Below are positions 30,554-41,861 of a stretch of DNA of 64,000 bases, one piece after another. The notes below the pieces were generated by a model. It did no database searches and had not been told where the DNA came from. It was given only the letters and a program-made list of their open reading frames with translations. This DNA is from Dehalococcoidia bacterium. GTDB taxonomy: Bacteria > Chloroflexota > Dehalococcoidia > GIF9 > AB-539-J10. A program made the translations under genes and the position numbers. Position 1 is the first letter of the stretch; every line of letters begins with the position of its first letter. The DNA lies in the NCBI GenBank assembly GCA_040766535.1, contig JAXGQG010000007.1:11121-75120 (forward strand), in the 5' to 3' direction.

Positions 30554-32273
30554 ATGCAGGAGCCCAGTGATAGTGCATCCGTCCGCGCAACCGTCGCCTA
30601 TTTCTCCATGGAGGTCGGCATCGACGCGGCACTCCCCACATACGATGGTGGTCTTGGGGTGCTGGCGGGGGACACGTTGCGCGCCGCCGCAGACTCGAGT
30701 GTGCCAATGGTCGGGATAACCCTGCTGCACAGGAAGGGATACTTCCGTCAGCATCTCGATGGTGATGGCAACCAGCAGACCGAGAGCCCGTGCGAATGGA
30801 CTCCCGAGACGGTTCTTGAAGCTGCGGAACCCCGGGCGAGGGTCACACTTTCAGACCGCACAGTGTACATCCGGGCATGGCGTGCACCGGTGAGAGGCCA
30901 CTCGGTCATGTAGTTCCGCTCTACTTCCTCGATTCCGCCCTGCCTGAGAACAGCGACGGATGATGAGCGCCCTGGTGTACAGCAGCGGCGAACAGGCCGC
31001 CTGCGAGGAGGTCATCCTCGGGATGGGTGGCGTGGCCATGCTGCGCGCTCTCGGTTTCGAAGCGATGCACTCCTACCATGAACGAAGGCCACTCCGCACT
31101 GTTGACCCTTGCGTTGCTTGAGGAGTACTCCCGCCGCAGCGGCCACACGCCACCGGCGGCACACGATGTCGAGTCTGTGCGCAAGCACTGTGTCTTCACC
31201 ACCCACACACCAGTGCCGGCGGGACACGACAAGTTTCCCCTCCCACTGGCCCGGCAGGTGCTTGGGGTTGACCGCGCGACCATGCTGGAATCGCTCGATG
31301 GAGTGCCGGATGGCGTGCTGAACATGACCCATCTCGCGTTGGCGCTGTCACGTTATGTCAATGGCGTTGCCATGCGGCACGGGCAGATCTCTCGCGACAT
31401 GTTCCCCGGTTATCCCGTCTGCTCCATAACGAATGGCGTGCATGCCCCGACATGGACCCGGTGCGACCCTTCCAGCGTCTGTTTGACAACTACATCCCTC
31501 AGTGGCGAAGCGACCACAACTACCTGCGCTACGCCATCTCCATCCCTCTTGACGCGATACGGCAGGCGCATGTGGAATCGAAGCGCGATCTCTTCGCGGA
31601 AGTCGAGCGACGAACCGGCGTCCGGCTGGATTACGGCTTTCGCGCTTGGATTTGCCCGGCGCGCGTCGACAGCCTGCAAACACGCCGACCTGCTGCTCTC
31701 CGACACGGCGCGCTTGAAGAGAATCGCGCGACAGGTTGGACCGGTCCAGATCATCCTATGCCGACGAGTCTCATCCACGTGACGGCGGAGGAGGACCTCA
31801 TTCGACGCGTCTTCCGTGGCGCTGCAGCCTCCAGGGATGAGTTCCGGTGATCTACACGGAGAGACACGGCGACATCTCTCTGGGCCACCTGCTGTGCGGG
31901 TGTTGACCTGTGGGTGAACACGCCACAGAAGCCACAGGAGGCATCAGGCACCAGTGACGCCGAAGAAGCCGCGCTTAATGGCGTTCAAGCCTGAGCGTGC
32001 TCGATAGCTGGTGGGTTGAAGGCCACATCAGGGGTAACCGGATGGTCGATCGGTGACAGCTGGCAGACGTCGAGCGACTCTGTTACGCAGAGGCGACGTC
32101 TCTCCACGACCGGCTCGAATACCTGATTCTGCCGACGTTCTACCGCAGACCGGACACTTTGCCGAGATCGTAGGGTCAGCATACTGCTGAACGGTTCCTT
32201 CTTCAACGCGCAGCGCATGGTAGCCCAATACGTTACAAATGCGTACGTCCATGAGCCGCATGGTGAAGATTGA
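30554..32273 (+). pseudogene. glgP: alpha-glucan (glycogen) phosphorylase, multiply frameshifted
   Basis: VAYFSMEVG, GGLGVLAGD, HMNEGH, FTTHTPVPAGHD, ITNGVH, FARRA, EASGTS, FFNAQRM in shifting frames. Confidence 0.85.
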
Positions 32274-32367
32274 CGCTGGCCCCGTGAGCGCCACACTGCA
32301 CGGCCGATGCGATCACCGGTCGCATGCGATTGCGCGCCGCACGACTCCCACGTATCCTTGAGGGTCT

Positions 32368-32924
32368 CTAGTCTGGCCGGTCAAGATAGGACCAATCTGC
32401 GTCCGGGCTGGCGAAATCCGCACGCTCCTGCTCCGAGGTGGGCCTCACCACCAGTTCGCAGCGGTCATCGCCCAGAAAGAGGCACCCGGGTGTGAACCTG
32501 TTTGAAGCGGGATTGAAGCCCATATGCTTGGCGACGTCGACATTGCGGTATAGCCGCCCCAGTTCCAGCTCGCCCAGCTTCTCCCACATCCTGCAGGCCG
32601 CAGCCGCGGCCTCCAAGCGCGTCTCGCCATCCACCTCGACCTTTGTCGAAACGGTCATGCGTCCCGTACGCAGGCAAGTCGCCCGAGTAGTGCTCCGGAC
32701 TGGAGTCGTCCAATCCGCGAGCCTCCGCCTTCTCTCTCATCAGAGAACCGACGTGCTGACCATACCGTTTATCGCCTTAAGGATGGGCGCCGCCCCTCGT
32801 CCTCACCCACCTCATCAACCAGCACCCTGGCATAGGCTGCATGCAGCAAGCCGATACGTTCAAAAACAATCCCCACCTGCTGCGCCGCCTCTTCCTTCGT
32901 CACCCATTCATCGCTGTTGTCCAC
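32368..32924 (-). pseudogene. L-2-amino-thiazoline-4-carboxylate hydrolase-like protein, frameshifted
   Basis: ERIGLLHAAYARVLVDEVGEDEG, DLPAYG, LGRLY..VD.AK..GFNP, GDDRCEL across frames. Confidence 0.55.
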
Positions 32925-33139
32925 AGTGGCCTCCTTCACCGGAGAGTTGATCCCTTCTCAGCCTCAGAATGGTATACGACGGCACGGCATTGGTGCGAAT
33001 AGCCTCACGGACGTCAGTCGTACACCGACCGACACGAGTGTACTGCCCTGCGGTGTGTTATCTCAAGCGGTTTCGGGCGAGCCGCAGGCCCTGAGACGAT
33101 TCAACTTCCTGGCGGCACCCCTCGGACATGCCTCGTTCA

Positions 33140-34076
33140 TCACTTGAGACTCGACCATCCCAGCCTATCCGGCGACAGCTGCAACCAACCGTGTACTCCT
33201 CCGTTGAACAGGCTGGACTACTCCTTGAAGAGAACGATGGCACCAGCCAGATGGATTGGCTGCCGGCTTGAACGTCTTGGATGTGACACTGCCCATCGAC
33301 CAACGACGGATCCTTGAATGCCCGTGGCTCGGCCTCGCGGTCAGTGCAATCCGTTCATCGGCCAACGCGAGAATCTCTCTGGCCGCATCTCCCTGCCGTA
33401 CTTCACAGCCGACCCTCACCCCCACTCGGCTCAATTCTCCCGCCTGCTTGTTGGTGAACCATCATCTCCGTATTCGCTGCATCGGCGTCGCGTTCATGAA
33501 CGGCACATAGTCGAGCCCCCGATGGTTCTGATGCGAACGCGGGTTGATTACGCGCACTGGCAGGACTTCGGAGTCGATCGGCATTACCTCTGCCACCTGC
33601 GGAAGAACGGCAACGCTGCTCTCCAGACCATCCAGGGCACAAGGATGCGGCTGAACAGGTGAGTCGCGGGCGGCGTTTGCATAAGCCCGTACAATGATGA
33701 GAGCTGATCTCAGCCCTTCTCAGCACCTTATCCACGGTGCTGCCCAGCGACCAGCACATAATCCCCCGACCGACCGTGTGAGCACGGCACGATGACGCTC
33801 CACCGTCTCAGCCCTGGCGTAGCTCAGTATCTGTTCAGCTGCCGAGCCAGGGATGACGTTGTCTTCACCGTGGCCATTGACCCCGACAACCAGGCCCGGG
33901 TTCATCCCCTTCACGTCCAGTGTAGAGGACGCATGCCTCGTTCTCATCTGTCTTCAGCCCCACAAACGCCGACTACGCCACCTCCGAGCCAAAGGCTCTC
34001 GCCAGTTCAGTCACCGCGGGAAGGCACCTGATGGCGGCATGAGCCCGTCCAGTGGCACCATTATCCGGTCGAGCAT
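33140..34076 (-). pseudogene. tandem-domain universal stress protein, multiply frameshifted
   Basis: MLDRIMVPLDG, GSAAEQILSYA, LGSTVDKVLR, GDAAREIL, HGHSRIRRWSMGSV. Confidence 0.7.
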
Positions 34077-34124
34077 CTCCCCTCCCTCACGTCCGCGCCG
34101 ATTCGCGCAGGTTTGATTCGTCCG

Positions 34125-35720
34125 CTAATTCAAGTATCGCACGAACAGCGCCGCATTGCAGAACATTGTCACCAGCACTGTGATGGGTAACGCGTATCTG
34201 AGGTATCTGCCCCAGCCGATAGGATGTCCTTCGCGCGACGCTATTGCGGTCCCCACCACATTGGCCGACGCCCCGATGGGCGTCCCGTTGCCGCCGATAT
34301 CCGTCCCCAGCGCCAGCGCCCACGAAAGCGGCTGCAGATTCAGGCCAAGTGTCTGGCTGAGCGAACTGATCACCGGCACCATACCAGCCACAAACAGGAT
34401 GTTGTCCACCAGTGCTGATGTGAACGCGGAGCCCAGGATAATCGCCACGACCGCTGTCTCATTGCCGCCTGATGCCGTCCCGATATATCGGGCCAGAAGC
34501 GATAACCTGCCTCCTCCAGTCCGGACACGCATACAAATAAGCCGATGAAGAACAGCAGTGTGCGCCAGTCAACGCCCGCCAGCACCTGACGGCCGGCCGC
34601 CAACAAGGTGAGACAGGCGAGCGATCGCACCTATCAACGCTACGGACATCACCGCGTTCCTGGATGCAAAGAGTCCTGATCAGGATCAGTATCAGTGTGA
34701 AGAATGAACATCCGCCTGTCGGATGCTCTCCCGCGGCTCCGGAATATGTGCAGCTGCTCCGATGGTTCCTCCGATCGATCGCCGTCAGAGGTTTGCGCAA
34801 CAGCGGGTAGAAGTAGACCCTGGAAATGGCAAGACCCAGCACGGCGATGGGACCTGTGTTGAGCACGAAATCAGTGAAGGTGCTGGCCAAACGGCGATGC
34901 CGATGATGATATTTGGCGGGTCGCCCGACATCGTGGCACTACCCCCAGTGTTCGAGGCGATGATCTCGGCGATGATGACCGGTACAGGATCGAACTCCAA
35001 CAGCCGCCCGATCTCGACGGTGACCGAGGCCATGAAGAGCATGACGGTGATGCTGTCGATGAACATCGAGAGCAATCCGGACAGAACATGAAGCGTGACA
35101 AGTGTCGAGGGCCATCCGGTATTCCATGCGTCTGGCTACATCCAAGACACATCCAGCGGAAGAAGCCTGCACGGGCAAGTCCCTCGACCATGACCATCAT
35201 TCCGGCGATGAAGAAGATCGTCTGCCAGTTGATGCCACGAGACTGAATACGGTCGGTTCCCGGCAGCCAGAATCGCACGTCCACCACCTGATTGAAGTTC
35301 AGGATGCTGCGGATAGCCTCGGCATTCCTCAGCACAATCCCGAACACCACAATCGGCATCACCGCTACGCCCGTCAACGCGAATACATCGATGCACCCGT
35401 CCCCACGAGATGGCCACGAACGTGGCATGTCTGAGCAACAGCAGCAGGACGAGCCAGGATGGGCATAGCTCCTTCCCGGACCCGGCACGGTAGACCGATG
35501 ACCCACGCGTTGTCATCAGTTCCGTGCGCCGATGCACAATGTCGGAATTGGTATAGACAGTGGCAGTCGCCGAGGTGTCCGCCGCCACCCTGTGCGCGGG
35601 CTGGCTCGATAGCCCCTCGTACCCAGCAAGCTCGGGAATAGTGCCGCAATTCCGAACCATACGTGTTTCGTCGCGACACCCTGACTGCGGCGGCATCGTC
35701 GGCATTTCACGGAAGCATGT
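34125..35720 (-). pseudogene. ArsB/NhaD/SLC13-type permease, multiply frameshifted
   Basis: INWQTIFFIAGMM, MFIDSIT, SNTGGSATMSGDPPNIII, VDWRTLLFFIGLF, GTDIGGNGTPIGASAN; 5' end uncertain. Confidence 0.8.
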
Positions 35721-35963
35721 CGTTCTTGCGCGGGAGCACGGCCGAGCACGAGTCTCACCACGGCAGATGCTCAAAATTGCGCTCCAACATCAGTTTCACT
35801 CTTGACAGTCAACTCATCTGAAAGGGACCGAGGCGGCTGATGTGAGCAAACAGGAAAAGCTGCAGTGTGACCATCGACAGACAGAGCAGGAGTTATACAG
35901 ACGGCCGCATTCCGTCGTGCAGAGGCAGATGTGCGCAGGGTTGACAGCGCCAGCTCCGCTCGC

Positions 35964-36356
35964 TCACACCACGAGGTGAGGCGGCGGGATGTCAGCCATC
36001 CGGAATAGCAGCCGGTGCAGCTTCGACAGAATCGTCGGGCCGGCGAAGCGGGCCGAAAAGGAGATGAACTCGTGGTCGCTGTCCACATTGGGCTGAGGCC
36101 AATCGAAATCAGCGCTGCTGTAGTCCACAGACGAAGACAGGTCGAGGAAGGAATCCGAAGCAAGAAGCGCCAGGTGCAGTCCGAAACCGTGTGCAGATTC
36201 GGAAGAGAGTGCAGGCGCACCGGACGGAGTCCCCGAGGCCAGGTTCAGGTTGTCGTATGCAGCGCACGCGTGCGGACACGTGAGCAGCATGATTGCACAG
36301 ACGCCGGTCAGCACAGCAGCCAGAGGACGGCCAAGCACGCGCGCTGCGGCAGACAT
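35964..36356 (-). CDS. putative secreted small protein, leaderless
   Basis: Signal-peptide-like N-terminus; TATAAT 7 nt upstream of the ATG. Confidence 0.55.
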   Translation of the reverse strand: MSAAARVLGRPLAAVLTGVCAIMLLTCPHACAAYDNLNLASGTPSGAPALSSESAHGFGLHLALLASDSFLDLSSSVDYSSADFDWPQPNVDSDHEFISFSARFAGPTILSKLHRLLFRMADIPPPHLVV

Positions 36357-36533
36357 GACAGCGATTATAGCCCGATTTCGGGAAACATACTATCGCCGCA
36401 TGAGACCATCCGGCGGCAGCCGTCTCTGCCACGATTCCTTCCATAGGACCGGTGCGTGGCTGCCTCGCGATTGTGGCTTCGCATCGGAGAGCCGCATACA
36501 CACAGTCCGCCTGATGTGACTCGGTCCTGGACA

Positions 36534-37634
36534 CTACTGCTTGTCCACAACATACTCGACGATCAGCGTTGGCAGTTCGCTGTCCGGCCACCGCACGATA
36601 TCTCGAGTCTGGTCGACATCCGTCTCCCTGTCCGCGAACTGCAGACGCAGCTGCAACCTGTCTTCTCCAAGCCTGGTGACAAGCGCGTCCCTGATACCTT
36701 TCGATTCCTTCTTCGTCTCCAGTTCCTGAATGCTGCACCACGTCTCAACTGTGCCCGGCAGACCCGGCATGCGGTACTGCCCCTGCAGCGTGTTGTAAGG
36801 ATGCTCAAACGCACTCAAGCAGCCGATGCCCTCGAACGGGTCGTCGTAGGGAATCATGTATCCACCCATATCTACGAATACCCTGAGAACCTGCGCATCC
36901 GCCGGAATGTCCGCGAGGTAGTAGGTGAGAAATCCCCTGATTCCTCTGTCGGCCTCGTCATCGCCGACATACACTTCGCCATACGGGGCATAGCCGCTGA
37001 AGCGCACGTAGCCGGACAGACCAGGGTCTGCTGCCAGCACAACTACGGTTACCGGCTCGACTACCACCGTCACGCCGGCCATCACCGAAGAGCCATCTGA
37101 CTCCGCCGTCAATGCGTAGTCAGTCGTGGTTGGCGGCGCAACCAGCACAGTCCCGGCCGCCGGCACTGAACCTATTCCGTGGTCAATGACCAACGAGGCG
37201 GCGCCAGAGACGTTCCATGACAGTGAGGCGCTCTGGCCGGCCTTGATGCTTCCCGGAGATGAGGTGAAGGAGTGGATCACGGGAGCTGGAGCTGTCGCGA
37301 GTTGTACCGTGACAGCTTGTTGTACCTCTTCGGACCATGCCCCGTTGTTGTCCTGTACCGAGAAGTAGATCACGTGGTGGCCGACTGACAGAGAGTCCGT
37401 CTCAAAGGTGGATATGCGGCTCAACTCGCCATCGAGATCTGAGCGCCACAGGAACCCCACGACTTCTCCGTCCTCGTCCACGCCCTTGCCGCTCAGACGT
37501 ACGGTCTCGCCACTGGTGACCTCGTATGAGATTGCGGGAACGTTCGCAACGGGTCGGACATTATCTGGAGCGGATGCGGGTGAACACCCACACATGAGGA
37601 TCAACGCGCAGACCAGTGACACAACTCTCGTCAT
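36534..37634 (-). CDS. lipoprotein with PKD/Ig-like domains
   Basis: Lipobox-like MCGC; DEDGEVVGFLWRS, VQDNNGAWS, PVIHSFTSSP...LSWNVSGA. Confidence 0.8.
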   Translation of the reverse strand: MTRVVSLVCALILMCGCSPASAPDNVRPVANVPAISYEVTSGETVRLSGKGVDEDGEVVGFLWRSDLDGELSRISTFETDSLSVGHHVIYFSVQDNNGAWSEEVQQAVTVQLATAPAPVIHSFTSSPGSIKAGQSASLSWNVSGAASLVIDHGIGSVPAAGTVLVAPPTTTDYALTAESDGSSVMAGVTVVVEPVTVVVLAADPGLSGYVRFSGYAPYGEVYVGDDEADRGIRGFLTYYLADIPADAQVLRVFVDMGGYMIPYDDPFEGIGCLSAFEHPYNTLQGQYRMPGLPGTVETWCSIQELETKKESKGIRDALVTRLGEDRLQLRLQFADRETDVDQTRDIVRWPDSELPTLIVEYVVDKQ

Positions 37635-37909
37635 TCCCTCACCCCCAACTGCGGTCGCCGATTCCCCTCTATGCGACAACAGATGCCCGTAAACCATGCC
37701 GCATCGTCATTCGGTACAACGCTTGAACTCCGGCCGATGTTTAGCTCTAGGCAAGACACGCCGTACATCCTGATGAGCCAGCCATACGAAAGACGACTGC
37801 ATTCACTTGCTGACTCTCGCGTGGAACTGTAGTATCCGCTGATTACGGTTCAGCTCGCCGCGTGGCAGCGCCGGGTGTCGATCCGGACGCGGTTGAGCCA
37901 GGGAGAGAG

Positions 37910-38956
37910 ATGAGAACAGTCGAGCTTCGCAGTGATACCTTCACTCTGCCCACCGAGGAGATGCGCCGGGCGATGTATTCCGCGGAGGTAGGGGACGATG
38001 TGTATGGTGAGGATCCCACGGCTAATACGCTGGAACGAAGGGCTGCAGCCCTTCTGGGAAAGGAAGCCGCCCTATTGACAGTGAGCGGCACCATGAGCAA
38101 TCTCATCGCCGTCCTCACACACACGCGTTCAGGCGACGAGGTCATTCTCGGCGACGAATCCCACATCCTGTGGTACGAGGTCGGCGGCGCCTCCGCACTC
38201 GGCGGAGTGCTTCTGCGCACCGTGCCGAACCGGGATGACGGTAGCCTCGACCTCGAGACTGTCCAGAACACGATTCGCCCTGACGACCTTCACTACCCGC
38301 CAACCAGGCTGCTCTGTCTGGAGAATACCCATAATCGGTGTGGTGGCACAGTCCTCACTCCCAGGTACACGGCAGCGGCGTGCGAACTCGCGCACGCGAA
38401 TGGCTGTCGTGTTCACCTTGATGGCGCGCGCATCTTCAACGCGGCGGCCGCCCTCGGGATCCCCGCCTCTCGACTCGCCGAATCGGTTGATTCCGTGTGT
38501 TTCTGCCTCTCCAAGGGACTGAGCGCTCCCGTAGGGTCGGTCCTGTGCGGCACAACTGACTTCATCGCCAGGGCACGCAAGACTCGGAAGATGCTCGGCG
38601 GAGGCATGCGCCAGGCCGGTATTATCGCCGCGGCCGGCCTGGTGGCTCTTGATACGGTGATGCCTTTGCTGCATGTGGATAACGAGAACGCCCGGCGGCT
38701 TGCTCACGGGCTCTCCCGCATGCAGGGAATCGTCTGTGTCCCTGACAAGACCACCACCAACATAGTCATGTTCGCCCTCCCGCCGCACGTGCCAGCTGCG
38801 CCTTTCATCGATCGTCTTTTCACGGTTGGAGTGCGACTCAACCACCCTGAAGGACCACGTGTGCGTGCGGTCACGCACCGCATGGTATCGGCTGATGACG
38901 TCGACTGGGCGCTGGAAAGGATCGAGAGCGTTCTGCTCGAGTTCCCCGGCCGGTAG
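37910..38956 (+). CDS. ltaE: low-specificity L-threonine aldolase
   Basis: ELRSDT, VGDDVYGEDPT, SGTMSN, LENTHN, HLDGARIFNA, CLSKGLSAPVGS, GGGMRQAG. Confidence 0.95.
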   Translation: MRTVELRSDTFTLPTEEMRRAMYSAEVGDDVYGEDPTANTLERRAAALLGKEAALLTVSGTMSNLIAVLTHTRSGDEVILGDESHILWYEVGGASALGGVLLRTVPNRDDGSLDLETVQNTIRPDDLHYPPTRLLCLENTHNRCGGTVLTPRYTAAACELAHANGCRVHLDGARIFNAAAALGIPASRLAESVDSVCFCLSKGLSAPVGSVLCGTTDFIARARKTRKMLGGGMRQAGIIAAAGLVALDTVMPLLHVDNENARRLAHGLSRMQGIVCVPDKTTTNIVMFALPPHVPAAPFIDRLFTVGVRLNHPEGPRVRAVTHRMVSADDVDWALERIESVLLEFPGR

Positions 38957-39233
38957 CGTGCGACTCGATGTTGGTGACTGAACCGAGTGGACATCCCTCG
39001 GTGGGTGCGACCTTCTCAACCACGTCTGCGGAGTTCGAGCGCGCACCGGCCGGGCCCTACTCGACGGACTGTGCCAATGGCCCTGGTCGCAGCGGCCCGA
39101 CAACTGCCACTTCCGTACCGACTATTATGTTCGGCATGTACGTTCTCGCCCCAACACTGAGTGGCCGGCGGCCACTGGAGTCAGTCTCCAGCCCGACCTG
39201 CCGGCCACTGCGAAGCCTTCGTACAGACAGTGC

Positions 39234-39677
39234 CTACGAGACGGTAACAGTCAGCTCAAATGTCCACACGCCCTTCTCCCCGCCTTCCCATGGCCTGCCA
39301 TACTCCATGACAACAGAGGTAGTCCCCTTCTCCAGCGCGTCAAAGGTCCACACCTGAGCGCCTGATGCCCCAACCACTCCCTGCTCCTTTGGAGACAGGT
39401 ATTCCGTTTCTGTCTGCAGCAGAATTGCCGGGTCGCCAATAGTGGCGTCTCCGGACCAGCTGAACCCCGTGGTCGCGTTAGCGCCCAGGGTGACGGTGAG
39501 AACACCGCCCTGAGCAACTACTATGTCCCTGCTGATGTGCGGGGAGGTCGTGAATTCGTCGATCGAAACGGCAACATCCATGTGATCTGCCGACGGTGCC
39601 CCTGCCAATGGGGAGCAACCCACTCCTGCCAGTAGTACCGTCATGGCTCCAGTCAGTACCAACATCTTCGCGTTCAT
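39234..39677 (-). CDS. protease inhibitor I42 (chagasin) family lipoprotein
   Basis: Lipobox-like GVGC; NATTGFSW, VGASG, YGRPWE. Confidence 0.9.
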   Translation of the reverse strand: MNAKMLVLTGAMTVLLAGVGCSPLAGAPSADHMDVAVSIDEFTTSPHISRDIVVAQGGVLTVTLGANATTGFSWSGDATIGDPAILLQTETEYLSPKEQGVVGASGAQVWTFDALEKGTTSVVMEYGRPWEGGEKGVWTFELTVTVS

Positions 39678-40039
39678 TCCAGTTCTCCTCCAAGTACCGT
39701 CGAGGCCTTCGGGCCTTTCTATAGTCGTATACGACGGCCTGACGGGAGTATTACATGGAATGATGCGCATTACGGATTCGTTGCGGCACGACTCGTCGGG
39801 CGGCGGTGCTGGGTCGCGGAGCATACGCGCCACACATGAGCCAGGCGCAGGCCCGCACTACTCTCACAACGCGTGCTCACGAGCAAGGCGCTACGGACCG
39901 ACCGTTTCCCGCGGCAACGAGAACGCACAGGGAAACAAACGGCCCGTACCTCCTGACGCTGAACGCCTCGCGGCCGCCTTCCAGCGGCATTCGCGTCACG
40001 GCCGCTATGCCCGATCCAGACTCGCCTGGGAATGAAGGA

Positions 40040-40555
40040 CTACGCCTTGCCGGCCCAGAAGTCTTGCAGGCCCGGGACATCGGGGCAGGCCTTGATCCAG
40101 GCATCGAGGCTCTCCTGTCCGGTTGCGGTGCCCGGCCGCTTCCCGCTCCACCTCCGGACCAGCTCCGCCTGCGCTTCGGTGATCTTGTTCTCCCTCTCCG
40201 TACTTGTCAACCGTCTCCAGTACGGTCTTCTGAGAAGAAACTCGGGCTTGCTTTTTCGCGCGCGTCGCGGCGTAGTCCGGCCGGTCCATTTCCGCCCACG
40301 ACATCGTGCCCGCGCCTCCACTCTGCGCCGGCGCACCCGGCATGCCGGGTATGTTCGGCCTCGATGCCATCCACGCATCGAACCGCTCTCGGCCCGCGTC
40401 AATGGGTGGCCGCGCCGATTACACCCTGTACTGTGCGGCCTGCCCGGCGGTGATCCTGCCACTCTGCACCAGTCTTTCAAGCATCGCCGCACTATCTGTG
40501 CCAGCAGTACGCGTGGTGCTCCGCGTCCACTTCCGTGTCTTTCGGGTATGTTCAT
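40040..40555 (-). pseudogene. degraded or frameshifted two-repeat helical protein
   Basis: RBS GGAAGGGGG; two similar units in different frames (GRITAGQAAQY...FDAWMASRPNIPG and NKITEAQAELV...LDAWIKACPDVPG). Confidence 0.45.
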
Positions 40556-40923
40556 GATGTTCCCCCTTCCAATCGCCGTATTCCTTGTTGAATCAGCTGG
40601 ATATGCGTCAACCCAAGCCCCATTGTACTCCCGATAATGTCTGCTGTCGCAGGCTGCGTACGGATGCATGAGCGCGGCTGTAGGCGCACGTCGTGCCTCT
40701 CTCGGAATCCCTCTAGCTCCCGAGAGCCGCACTCACTGCACACCGGGCTGGGTGGTCCCCAACCCGTGCGGCTGCACCGCGCGCCGCTTTCTGCTATTGT
40801 AGGCGCGCCACGCTGTCATTCGCGTCCCGACGCCGTGGCAAGTGGAAAAACGGAAGCGCGGGTTTGACGCGTTGCCGGACGTTCCGCCTGGACTAGTACA
40901 AGAGAAAGAGAGGCACGAGAAAC

Positions 40924-41691
40924 GTGAAGATTGTGAGATACCGTCTGCCCAACAACAAGGTTGAGTACGGAATCTGGGAAGGTGAAACCATCCGCGCCCT
41001 CGCCTCCAGTCCGTTCCGGGGCATACGAGAGACGGAACGGCGAGTCCAACTGGGCGATGTTCGTCTGCTGGCTCCCTGCACCCCGAGCAAGATCCTCGCC
41101 ATCGGCGCGAGCTATCGCAGCCACTGCATGGAAATGGGCCAGCCCATCCTTGACGAGCCCATGGTGTTCTTCAAGCCTTCCACGTCGGTCGTTGGGCCTG
41201 AAGACAACCTGGTCCGTCCGTCCGGTGTTAAGCGATTCGACTATGAAGCCGAAGTTGGGGTGGTGATCAAACGCCGCGCGTTCAAGGTGCCCCGCAGCCG
41301 CGCTCTCGACTACGTACTTGGCTATACTTGCTGCAATGATGTCTCCGTCCGCGACTGGCAGAGTGTCGGCGCCAACTGGCAGTGGGCCAGAGCGAAAGGT
41401 TCTGACACGTTCTCCCCAATCGGACCATGCATCGAAACGGAGGGCGACCCATTCAACATGTGGGTGGAGTCCCGGCTGAACGGTGAGCGAAAGCAGAGAG
41501 GTAGCACCAGCGACCTGATCTGGGACATTCCGGCGATGATCAGTTACCTGTCCGAAACGATAACACTGCTCCCCGGCGACGTGATCGAGACCGGCACTCC
41601 GAGCGGCGTCGGCCCGATGCAAGCGGGCGATGTGGTAGAGATCGCCGTCGACGGCATCGGAACCCTGAGGAATTACGTAGTCCAGGGTTAG
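40924..41691 (+). CDS. fumarylacetoacetate hydrolase family protein
   Basis: KILAIG, FFKPST, DYEAEVG, NDVSVRD, AKGSDTF, PGDVIETGTPSGVG. Confidence 0.95.
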   Translation: MKIVRYRLPNNKVEYGIWEGETIRALASSPFRGIRETERRVQLGDVRLLAPCTPSKILAIGASYRSHCMEMGQPILDEPMVFFKPSTSVVGPEDNLVRPSGVKRFDYEAEVGVVIKRRAFKVPRSRALDYVLGYTCCNDVSVRDWQSVGANWQWARAKGSDTFSPIGPCIETEGDPFNMWVESRLNGERKQRGSTSDLIWDIPAMISYLSETITLLPGDVIETGTPSGVGPMQAGDVVEIAVDGIGTLRNYVVQG

Positions 41692-41861
41692 CACCGATAG
41701 TATCTCACGAGCCAGGCGCCGGCTGTGCGCACGTCCTTCGGGCAGTTGGCGCCTCGGCTCCGTCCTTCGGGTCGGCAGTCTGTCGCGGCTCCACCGCTCT
41801 GGCAGAGAGCGCGTTTGACGGCGGTTGGCCTCGTTCCGGTGTTTGCTGCTACCATGTTCGA

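Noticed and set aside
18700-35800. Programmed frameshifting, Sec/Pyl recoding or DGR mutagenesis as the cause of the broken genes
   Set aside because: The indels are too many and scattered over unrelated genes; there is no reverse transcriptase, template repeat or consistent in-frame TGA/TAG at catalytic sites
35770-35960. Fluoride or sodium riboswitch upstream of the ion permease
   Set aside because: I could not match a consensus, and the region borders error-rich sequence
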